A stretch of DNA of 32,000 bases from Candidatus Thorarchaeota archaeon. GTDB taxonomy: Archaea > Asgardarchaeota > Heimdallarchaeia > Hodarchaeales > Hodarchaeaceae. The stretch is taken from assembly GCA_048882505.1 (NCBI GenBank), contig JBHLRO010000017.1:1-32000 (forward strand). The letters run 5' to 3'. Of the stretch, positions 9,405 through 17,012 are shown piece by piece. Below the pieces are notes generated by a model. The model was not told where the DNA came from. It worked only from the letters and a program-made list of their open reading frames with translations, and ran no database searches. The translations under genes were made by a program, and so were the position numbers. The first letter of the stretch is position 1. Each line of letters begins with the position of its first letter.

Positions 9405-10505
9405 ATGGAAATGTCATCCCCAGAGGTTTTCCTTTCAGTTTTTGATATTCAGCAAAGCCCAATGCCAATCTTTTCAACCAATAAGGCAAGTAATAGCTTG
9501 GCCAATAAAATTGCGTTGAAAAGTCGTATAACTCTGGATGTAAGTGGTGGAGAAATATCCTCAGCTCTTGATGCGGTCCTTCCTCTTCCAGAAACGGATA
9601 AAATTGCTTACGTATATATTTTTTCCATTGAAGGAACAAATCCTGAAATCACGGGCAAGAAAAGAATAGCTTCGTTAAACTACGTCGTTAAGAGTTCAGA
9701 AGAAGAACAATTGTACGGAAAAATAAATCTATTGAAAGCGCAGGCGGAGGAGCTTTCCCGTGAGATTATTAAACAGCTGTTCAAATCTTCAACCGACGAT
9801 ATAGTTTTTACCAAGGATTTGGAATCGGAGATCGCCAGTTTCGGATCAATAATCTCATCATATTCTAGTTTACCGGAGTATGATATCTCGAGGGGTACGA
9901 AAGGGGATCCTTACCTTAAGGATGGCTCAATCAACTTTCTTATAGGATCATTTAGCAAGAATTTGGAGGCTGCCATTTTTTCAGCGCTTGCTGATGATAC
10001 CATCATTGTCATGGGACAGGAACTGCTCGTATCCCACGTCGTACGGGGTTTAAGACTTTTCACTTTGTTTCCCCCCAAAAATCACATAGAATATAGTACT
10101 ACATATGTGGATCCAAAAAATGCCAGGATTATTGGAATTTCAAGAGAGCTGGTCCATCTTTACGACGAAAATAGAGTCCTGGTTATTGATATCGATAAAC
10201 GCACGATTAGTCGTGAAAACAGGGATAAATTCCTCAAATCTTTGCTAAAAACGCTTAGAAAATCCAAGAGCGAAACTCAAATGCTTGATAACATCGAGCT
10301 AATCGTGGACAAAATTAGAGAGGCAGTAAACAGTTTGTCCAGTATCTTCAGCTTAAATGATGAAAGCAAGGTTAAGGAATACCTTCACCAGTATTCTGAC
10401 ACTGAAACGCATTTGATCTTGGAGCTGAGCAAGCGATATCTGCCAAAATTTATTCCGCAAATTGAAAAATTGCAGGCTCCAGATTTTGGAGATCTTTTTG
10501 CCTGA
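9405..10505 (+). CDS. DENN-like (longin + core + helical) protein, putative small-GTPase regulator
   Basis: N-terminal VFLSVFDIQQSPMPIF resembles the uDENN/longin first strands. LIGSFSKNLEAAIFSALADDTIIVMG...LVSHVVRGL and RIIGIS...VLVIDIDKRTI resemble core-DENN motifs. The C-terminus is helical. Start may be ATG 9411. Confidence 0.6.
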   Translation: MEMSSPEVFLSVFDIQQSPMPIFSTNKASNSLANKIALKSRITLDVSGGEISSALDAVLPLPETDKIAYVYIFSIEGTNPEITGKKRIASLNYVVKSSEEEQLYGKINLLKAQAEELSREIIKQLFKSSTDDIVFTKDLESEIASFGSIISSYSSLPEYDISRGTKGDPYLKDGSINFLIGSFSKNLEAAIFSALADDTIIVMGQELLVSHVVRGLRLFTLFPPKNHIEYSTTYVDPKNARIIGISRELVHLYDENRVLVIDIDKRTISRENRDKFLKSLLKTLRKSKSETQMLDNIELIVDKIREAVNSLSSIFSLNDESKVKEYLHQYSDTETHLILELSKRYLPKFIPQIEKLQAPDFGDLFA

Positions 10506-10555
10506 TCAAATAAACTAACAACTATTGAACAAACAAATATGGACAGGTGCTAATA

Positions 10556-10873
10556 ATGTCAGTATCATGGGGTTTTCATCCAATTGTTCAACTAATAACT
10601 AGTGTAGGATGTATTGGCCTGGTTTTATTGACTTGGAATATCTACAACAAGACACATTACCAGCCATTGAAGAGATTTATTGTCTCTTTCATAATTCTTG
10701 CAGTCATCTTGATTGTAAGAACGATGTTGCCAACGCTTCTCACCTTTCTTCCTCCAGGCGAAGAAATGTATGAAACCATTATTGAAAGCTTTCAATTCCT
10801 GGCCGCGGTCTTCTTTGCATGGGGATATCGAGAAATTTACGGTCAATCGAAGAAAGCGCCTCAGGAGGTATGA
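10556..10873 (+). CDS. Small 3-TM membrane protein A
   Basis: Three hydrophobic helices and similarity to the next gene. In-frame ATG at 10556 (track GTG at 10547). Confidence 0.65.
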   Translation: MSVSWGFHPIVQLITSVGCIGLVLLTWNIYNKTHYQPLKRFIVSFIILAVILIVRTMLPTLLTFLPPGEEMYETIIESFQFLAAVFFAWGYREIYGQSKKAPQEV

Positions 10874-10875
10874 TC

Positions 10876-11166
10876 ATGGCCGAACTTGTAGTTTGGGAAC
10901 TGCTGGAAAACAGTGTTGAACTAGGGTACTTCTTCGTGTATCTAATTCTAGGGTTAATTTCGACTCGTTCCTACCTAAAAAATCGGAAGAATCTACCCCT
11001 CTTTTTTGCAATGGCATTTTTTGCCTTGGCATTATCAGGTCTTTACGGAGGGCTTGATTTTTTTGTCGAAGGAACTCCCTTGGCTTACGAAAAGATAAAA
11101 GAGATTTACGAGGGACTCCAGCTTCTTGCAGTTATATTGTTTGGAATCGGAATCCTTCGAGCATGA
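10876..11166 (+). CDS. Small 3-TM membrane protein B (paralog of A)
   Basis: AGGAGGT Shine-Dalgarno-like motif at 10863-10869 before ATG 10876. Three TM helices. EGLQLLAVILFGIG aligns with ESFQFLAAVFFAWG of protein A. Confidence 0.7.
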   Translation: MAELVVWELLENSVELGYFFVYLILGLISTRSYLKNRKNLPLFFAMAFFALALSGLYGGLDFFVEGTPLAYEKIKEIYEGLQLLAVILFGIGILRA

Positions 11167-11242
11167 TTAAAAAGTAATGAGGAGGGGGAGTTATTTTTTC
11201 CATTAATAACCATTAAGGAAAGATTTAGGACCCTCTAGTGTG

Positions 11243-11623
11243 TTACTTTCCCATTACTTCCAACGATTTCTGAACGAGCTGTTTCGCATCATCTGAAAGA
11301 TCCGGTAGAACTTGATTCATTAAACGTTTCTCCCGCTGTAGGACTGCATTGGGAAGTTCAGCAAAAGCTTTGGCTCCATCCTCGAGCATCTGTGACAAGA
11401 TGTCTTCAGATAAGTCCGAGAAGGCCTCTAACCGCGCCTTAAGTACTTTGGTATGCACCTCTTCTGGCATTTCGGAGAGCGTTTTTATTAATCCCTTCGT
11501 CTGGGCCATTCGTTCATTCTCTGACAATGTACCCATACTACTGACGGTTTCAGCAATTTGAGACTTAGCTTCATCTTGCGATAGGTTTGCCAACATTTGA
11601 AAATATTCTTTTAGGTTCTCCAT
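11243..11623 (-). CDS. All-helical protein with six 19-aa tandem repeats
   Basis: The motif hydrophobic-x-x-[LM]-[SP] recurs with L/M at residues 14, 33, 52, 71, 90 and 109. Confidence 0.7.
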   Translation of the reverse strand: MENLKEYFQMLANLSQDEAKSQIAETVSSMGTLSENERMAQTKGLIKTLSEMPEEVHTKVLKARLEAFSDLSEDILSQMLEDGAKAFAELPNAVLQREKRLMNQVLPDLSDDAKQLVQKSLEVMGK

Positions 11624-12025
11624 AGAGTAAACACTTTCTTTTCGTTTTTCGGTTATCCATAATAACCGTTTTATGATTCAATTTTCGTTTTACCCCTGAT
11701 TTATCAGTCGAATTCTAAGAAATTCGAAAAAACGGGTTTTGCCGCCGAGTGGCCCACTTAATACAACATAGAAATATTCCTCACCAAATGCATTCTCTGG
11801 ACTATTTTACCATGAACATTGACTAGGGTAATATAATTATAAAGAGAATGACTAGCAACGCGGATTTCAACCTTTGACGGGGTATCGTTGAGCCAGGACG
11901 AATCTGAAGTCCTTTTCAGGATAGAAGTAACTATTGGAGAATCAGTTCCGAAAGAAACACATGTCCTCTATTATAAATTGGTTCACTATTAAGCTGGTTC
12001 ATCCAGTTTTTTAGGGATAGGTAGG

Positions 12026-12036
12026 AAAGTTTATAA
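12026..12036 (+). promoter_or_regulatory. Archaeal-type BRE/TATA promoter candidate for the fakA-degV-plsY operon
   Basis: AAAG-TTTATAA about 50 nt upstream of the TTG at 12087. Confidence 0.55.
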
Positions 12037-12086
12037 GGAGAAAATTGCAAAATTTACGCAAATAATACAAGAAACTAAACATAATT

Positions 12087-13112
12087 TTGGAGTCGGTTCT
12101 TGAGATGGTTCTTCAAGAATTCGCTCAAAGCCTGTTACCAGATGTAATCTCTGGCGAAGATTTGTACTGCATGTTGAAATTGGCATCACAGAAGCTAGAG
12201 AAATTTATTGATATCCTTAATGATGTTAACGTGTTTCCTGTACCTGATGGGGATACAGGATTTAATATGCATCAAACTTTTAAATCTATTATCAAGGAAC
12301 TGAATAATTTAGAGATTTACAATAATTTTGGCAAGGTTATCAGCGCAGCATCAAAAGGAGCATTTTTCGGTAGCATAGGAAACTCTGGTATAATTCTAGC
12401 GGAATATTTCCACGGTTTGGAGCAAGAATGGAATGATTTCGACAGCATTGGTAGAGAGGTACTTTCTAGCGGATTATTTTCAGGGGCAAAATGTGCCTAC
12501 CAAGCGGTTGAAAATCCCAGGGAAGGAACGATTCTGACCATAGCCAGAATAATAGCGGAAACCGCAAATGAATGGCAGCATACGGTCAAATCACCTTTTG
12601 AATTACTGTATATTGTACTCGAGGAGGCCAAAGCAGCTTTATTAGACACTCACAGAATTTTGCCTCAGGCAAATCTTGCGGGAGTCGTAGATGCGGGAGC
12701 TATGGGCTTAATGCTCATTTTTGAGGGATTCGTAGAGGGAATGGTGGATAGATTTCCATCGGACGTTCTGCCATTACATGTAATCGACGACGATCTTGCT
12801 CCCTTTTTAAAACCAAGAATTGATTTCTCAATGACTGAACAACAATTCGAAGTAATCTTCAGAATCTCTGGCTTAAAGAAATCTATTGAATTCTTAAAAG
12901 CCAAACTGAAAAAGGAAGGCACATGCGTTCTGGTCTTAACTAAAGAATCGATCTCCAAAATCAAAGTTCATATCCACTGTAAAGATCCTGATATGGTCAT
13001 TTCCAAAGTGAGAGATTATGTGAGTCGAGTAGAGGTCGATTCTATTAAATCCCTGAATGAACAGAATTATCTGCTAGCAAAACGCATCAGATCCAAAGTA
13101 GCGGGGGATTGA
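12087..13112 (+). CDS. fakA: DAK2-domain fatty acid kinase catalytic subunit (FakA/YloV-like), short form lacking the C-terminal domain
   Basis: LNDVNVFPVPDGDTGFNM, GSIGNSGIILAEYF, AYQAVENPREGTILT, AGVVDAGAMGL, and middle-domain KVHIHCKDP (HxH). Start is TTG 12087 or ATG 12105. Confidence 0.85.
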   Translation: MESVLEMVLQEFAQSLLPDVISGEDLYCMLKLASQKLEKFIDILNDVNVFPVPDGDTGFNMHQTFKSIIKELNNLEIYNNFGKVISAASKGAFFGSIGNSGIILAEYFHGLEQEWNDFDSIGREVLSSGLFSGAKCAYQAVENPREGTILTIARIIAETANEWQHTVKSPFELLYIVLEEAKAALLDTHRILPQANLAGVVDAGAMGLMLIFEGFVEGMVDRFPSDVLPLHVIDDDLAPFLKPRIDFSMTEQQFEVIFRISGLKKSIEFLKAKLKKEGTCVLVLTKESISKIKVHIHCKDPDMVISKVRDYVSRVEVDSIKSLNEQNYLLAKRIRSKVAGD

Positions 13113-14008
13113 GTACGAAGATTGGCGTTGTATGCGATAGTATGTCTGATTTGCCTCCTAAAGTTTCCGAAAAGCATGGAGTAGTGCTTGTACCAGGCAT
13201 TGTATACATTGATGGAACTCCTTACCAAAGTGGCGTGGATATTCAAGCTGAGGATCTTCAAAAACTTCTAGAAGATGAAACGAAAAACATCCGTACTGGA
13301 GCACCCCCTCCCGCCGCTTATTATAGGGCTTACGAACGCCTATATGACAAGGTCGACATGATTTTAAGTTTGCACTGCCCTATAAAACACTCCGGGATGT
13401 TAAACGCTGCTAAAGCGGCTGCCAGGCGCTTGGATGACTCTTCCAGGATTGTACACTTCGAATGCGGAGTTGCGACAATCGGTTTGGGTATTACAGCAAT
13501 AGCGGCAGCTGCTATCGCGACACGTCAAATTGAGGACAGACAGGAGATCATTCGTCAAGTTCGCGAGTACTGTAAGAAGATCCAGATAGTAGGAACCCTT
13601 GAATCTTTTAAATATCTTCAAAGAAGTGGCAGATTGAAACTGAGAATAGCAGGTTGGATAGCAAGTACCCTATCAGTTAAGCCTGTTCTTTTAATGCGTG
13701 ATTCGGACGTATTTCTGGTCGAGAGACCGCGAAACAGGAAAACGGCATTGAATCTTGTAATTAATTCCTTATCGGAAAATATGGATAGAGAAATGATTCC
13801 ACGAATTGTGGGAATTAGTCATTTTAGATGTGAGAAGGAATTAATTGAAATCGAAGAGAAACTAATGGAAAAGTTGCCCGATTATACGATTATTAGAGGT
13901 TACGCAGATCCAACGGTGGCGGCCAATACTGGACCTGGTTTAATATTGGTTGCTTACTTCGCTGAAACGGGAAATAAACCCAGAAAAGGAATTAAGGTTA
14001 ATGTTTGA
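13109..14008 (+). CDS. degV: DegV/FakB-family fatty-acid-binding protein
   Basis: IGVVCDSMSDLP, YLQRSGRL, LSVKPVL, TVAANTGPG. TTG start overlaps the fakA TGA by 4 nt. Confidence 0.9.
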   Translation: MSTKIGVVCDSMSDLPPKVSEKHGVVLVPGIVYIDGTPYQSGVDIQAEDLQKLLEDETKNIRTGAPPPAAYYRAYERLYDKVDMILSLHCPIKHSGMLNAAKAAARRLDDSSRIVHFECGVATIGLGITAIAAAAIATRQIEDRQEIIRQVREYCKKIQIVGTLESFKYLQRSGRLKLRIAGWIASTLSVKPVLLMRDSDVFLVERPRNRKTALNLVINSLSENMDREMIPRIVGISHFRCEKELIEIEEKLMEKLPDYTIIRGYADPTVAANTGPGLILVAYFAETGNKPRKGIKVNV

Positions 14009-14663
14009 AATCCTAATCGCTGGGACTTTCGGTTACTTAACAGGGTCGATATTCCTATCATATTATTGGGGAAAACTGAATCGAATTGATCTAACACAAG
14101 AGGGCACTGGACAATTAGGTGCATCAAATGCGGGGAGGACTTTTGGGTGGCCTATAATGGTAATCGTTGGCATATCTGATATATTAAAAGCCACAATAGC
14201 TCTAGCAATCCTAACTTTTGTTTTTAACGATTTTATCGGGTCCCAATATTATGATGGAATACTGATTGTTGGCAGTCTAGGAATTGTTTTTGGTCACGTT
14301 AACTCCTTTTGGATCTGGTTAGAAAAGCACAATTGGCATGGTGGAAAGGGAGGCTCCTCGCTCGGGGGAATTCTTTTGTTTCTATCCCTGGAGAGCTTTT
14401 TAATCTTGTTTATTGGCCTGATGCTCACGTTGAAGATACTGAAAAGGTACCTATTAAACGGAAACTGGTACGAAAATTTTTCTACAAATGCGATTGTGGT
14501 TTTATTTTCTCCCTTTGTCATTCTTTGGTTTACGGGGAACAGCACGTATTTCGTTTTGGTGCTTTTAATTATTGGTACAATTCTTTTCTTTGAAAGGGCA
14601 AAAATTTCGAGTATCCTTGGGAATGTTTTACCTAAGGAAGCAAAAAAGGTATGGGATCAATAG
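14001..14663 (+). CDS. plsY: PlsY-family acyl-phosphate:glycerol-phosphate acyltransferase
   Basis: GYLTGSI, GTGQLGASNAGRTFG, DILKA, GIVFGH, GGKGGSS and about 7 TM segments. ATG at 14001 overlaps the degV end by 8 nt (track start 13950). Confidence 0.85.
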   Translation: MFEILIAGTFGYLTGSIFLSYYWGKLNRIDLTQEGTGQLGASNAGRTFGWPIMVIVGISDILKATIALAILTFVFNDFIGSQYYDGILIVGSLGIVFGHVNSFWIWLEKHNWHGGKGGSSLGGILLFLSLESFLILFIGLMLTLKILKRYLLNGNWYENFSTNAIVVLFSPFVILWFTGNSTYFVLVLLIIGTILFFERAKISSILGNVLPKEAKKVWDQ

Positions 14664-14690
14664 TCAATAACAGAAAGGTGAATTTACCTA

Positions 14691-14703
14691 AAGATTTTTT
14701 AAA
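14691..14703 (+). promoter_or_regulatory. T6 tract after plsY, also a possible TATA (TTTTAAA) for a leaderless lipase transcript
   Basis: AAGATTTTTTAAA ends 24 nt before ATG 14727. It could be an oligo-T terminator, a promoter, or both. Confidence 0.35.
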
Positions 14704-14726
14704 CCAAAAAGCCCTGCTATATATCC

Positions 14727-15521
14727 ATGAGCATAGAGCGCGCAATCTATGAAATAAAAACCAAACACGGTACTGCCCGTTTGATAAACGAAACTGTCGA
14801 TCGGCGGGGCTCTCCTGTTCTTTTTGTTCACGGATTTGGTAGTTCGCCAAGGATTTGGTTTAAGTACCCGGATAGTCTTGGAAAATTCTTCCTGAAAAAA
14901 GAGGAATTAGACGTATGGAGTTTGGGATTATCAAATGCGATTAGCGGTGACATTGAAATCCTTGCACAGGAAGATCTCTATGCTTCATTGGTTTTTATAT
15001 ATAAGAGGGATAAAAAACGTATTCATATCATAGCTCATAGCATAGGGGGAATAATTGTGCGATATCTATTATGCCCCCATTTTGATCATTTTTCGTTTAA
15101 CGCTGAAGACCTTGTTAGCGGGGTGTCTCTTCTCTCGGTGCCAAATCATGGAACGAACAAGTTTAAGAGCGATAGAATTTGGAACATGATGAGTCTTATT
15201 ACGAACTACATCAGCTTTAATCGATTATTCGTTCAGGTACTTAGATCAAGTAAATTAATTGGCTCATTAAACCGCCATAAGCCATGTTTGAATCCAAAAA
15301 TCAAATGGCAAAACGCTATCAGTACGTTTGACAATCTAATTGAACCAGAAAGCATGAGATTTGCGGAGGAAGATATGACTGATATAGAAATTGAACAACG
15401 AGAGTTTCCGTGTGACCATATTGTTTATCCCTTGAAATGGCTTTTCGCTGATAATTATCCACCTATACATAGGTATTCGCCTGTTGCTGAATGGATCTAT
15501 GAAAATTTCTTTATAAAATAA
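14727..15521 (+). CDS. Alpha/beta-hydrolase, lipase/esterase type, no signal peptide
   Basis: VLFVHGFGSS (oxyanion), IAHSIGG (nucleophile), LLSVPNHGT, FDNLI (Asp) and CDHIV (His). Confidence 0.8.
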   Translation: MSIERAIYEIKTKHGTARLINETVDRRGSPVLFVHGFGSSPRIWFKYPDSLGKFFLKKEELDVWSLGLSNAISGDIEILAQEDLYASLVFIYKRDKKRIHIIAHSIGGIIVRYLLCPHFDHFSFNAEDLVSGVSLLSVPNHGTNKFKSDRIWNMMSLITNYISFNRLFVQVLRSSKLIGSLNRHKPCLNPKIKWQNAISTFDNLIEPESMRFAEEDMTDIEIEQREFPCDHIVYPLKWLFADNYPPIHRYSPVAEWIYENFFIK

Positions 15522-15849
15522 ACCAGGAAATGATCACATTTGTTATTTGAAAAGCTCTAACAGGATTGGCATGTTCTGGAGGAAAAATAACCAGAATAAG
15601 TTTACCTGCACTCGAAAGTGCTCTATCCTAGCTTTTAAAGACGGGGCTGGTATAGAAACAAACGACAGACTGTTTAGGGGACAGTCAAGACACTGTGATC
15701 TACTTGGGATTTTATGGTTAAATACTGATTCTATAACTAATGAAATCTGTTGGCAAGTTCAGTGGCGAAATCACGGAAAGCAGCACTTGCCGTAAATCCA
15801 TTCGAGGGATGCTACTAGGACATGGAAACAGATTGAATCAAAGTGTAAA

Positions 15850-15870
15850 CCAAATCAAAGCTTGATTTGG
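15850..15870. repeat. Perfect 9-bp inverted repeat CCAAATCAA-agc-TTGATTTGG
   Basis: Directly visible in the 580-bp intergenic region upstream of the SSB gene. Confidence 0.5.
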
Positions 15871-16101
15871 AAAGCAGGGGAGATAAGATTGAGAAATTTG
15901 CCTATAGTTGTGAAGAATATACTTATAAAATCTCAATAAAAACCTTCTAATGAACCTTAATCTAGTTTTAAGAAGTAAAAAAGACGTATGAATTAGTTGA
16001 TTTTCTCTTTAACCATGAGAACCTTCGAATAAGAAATTCTTGTTTTATTTTACTTTTTCTGGGAGTTTAAGGTCAATTCGATTTAAATTCGAAGTGACAA
16101 A

Positions 16102-16617
16102 ATGAGCATCAATAAAAATCAAAACAAAACACACAATGTCAAAATTGGCGAATTGAAACCGTACGAAAAAAACATTGATGTCGTTTTCAAGGTTACCAAG
16201 AGTAATGGCGAGCGAAAGGTTAACAACCGCTCAGGACAGACTCAACGCGTCTGTGATTTCACGGTTTCCGATCCGACAGGGAGCGTTACTCTTACTCTTT
16301 GGAACGAAGACATTGATAACCTAAAAGAGGATTCAGTTTATAAATTGTCCAATGGTTTTGCGAATGTATTCAGAAATTCTCTTCAGTTGTCAAAAGGGAG
16401 GGAAGGAATTATAACTGAAGATGAAACGGCATTTGAAGAAATTAACGAGGAAAACAATCGTTCTGCGGAGCGGATAGCGGATTCTCGAGGAAGATCCGCT
16501 AGAAATCGAAGTGGTGGTTACTCTTCGCAGCGAGGTTCCCGAAATAGACATTCTTCGAATCGGCGCAACAGCGAAAATTTTGAGGATCGCCCCGTACATC
16601 GGCGTCACAATTGGTAG
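16102..16617 (+). CDS. ssb: Single-OB-fold ssDNA-binding protein (crenarchaeal SSB / eukaryotic SOSS-B-like) with R/S/N/G-rich tail
   Basis: KIGELKP, VCDFTVSDPTGSVTLTLWNE, NGFANVFRNSLQLSKGREG, followed by a basic low-complexity tail. Confidence 0.8.
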   Translation: MSINKNQNKTHNVKIGELKPYEKNIDVVFKVTKSNGERKVNNRSGQTQRVCDFTVSDPTGSVTLTLWNEDIDNLKEDSVYKLSNGFANVFRNSLQLSKGREGIITEDETAFEEINEENNRSAERIADSRGRSARNRSGGYSSQRGSRNRHSSNRRNSENFEDRPVHRRHNW

Positions 16618-16929
16618 CTATTTCGCGGGGCTGAATCTATACCATTTCTTATCATCGAACCTCCTGTGCTCTTTTAAGACCCTTTTTTAGAATTTTCTCG
16701 ATGCCAGGGAATTGAGACGAAGCTGTAATGGTATTCAATTTCCTCATGGGATGTCGGTGGTCGGGCTAATAGTTACACAATCGTGTCCATAATTTAAGTT
16801 GACCCCAGAAGTAACCCAATTCACAGAGAATTCTCCCAATTTAACCCCTTCTAATATCGAGCGGTTTCATGAGATTTGATGCCTATACTAGGAATTTATA
16901 CAGCAGTAGTTCTGATATCCTAGTTCAAG

Positions 16930-16957
16930 AAAAAAATAGGTGAGTTTTCACTCACCT
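16930..16957 (-). terminator. Intrinsic-type terminator: 8-bp stem, GAAA loop, U7 tract
   Basis: Minus strand reads AGGTGAGT-GAAA-ACTCACCT-A-TTTTTTT, about 55 nt downstream of the hydrolase stop. Confidence 0.7.
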
Positions 16958-17012
16958 GCATATCTGAATTGATAGGAGATTGTTACCACGATTATAGGAG
17001 CTAATCTTCGCG

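Noticed and set aside
12087-15521. Complete bacterial phospholipid pathway
   Set aside because: No PlsC, PlsX, GpsA or CdsA is visible in the window; only the first acylation step is supported.
15547-15795. 82-aa ORF after the lipase
   Set aside because: TTG start, atypical composition and no motifs; probably spurious.
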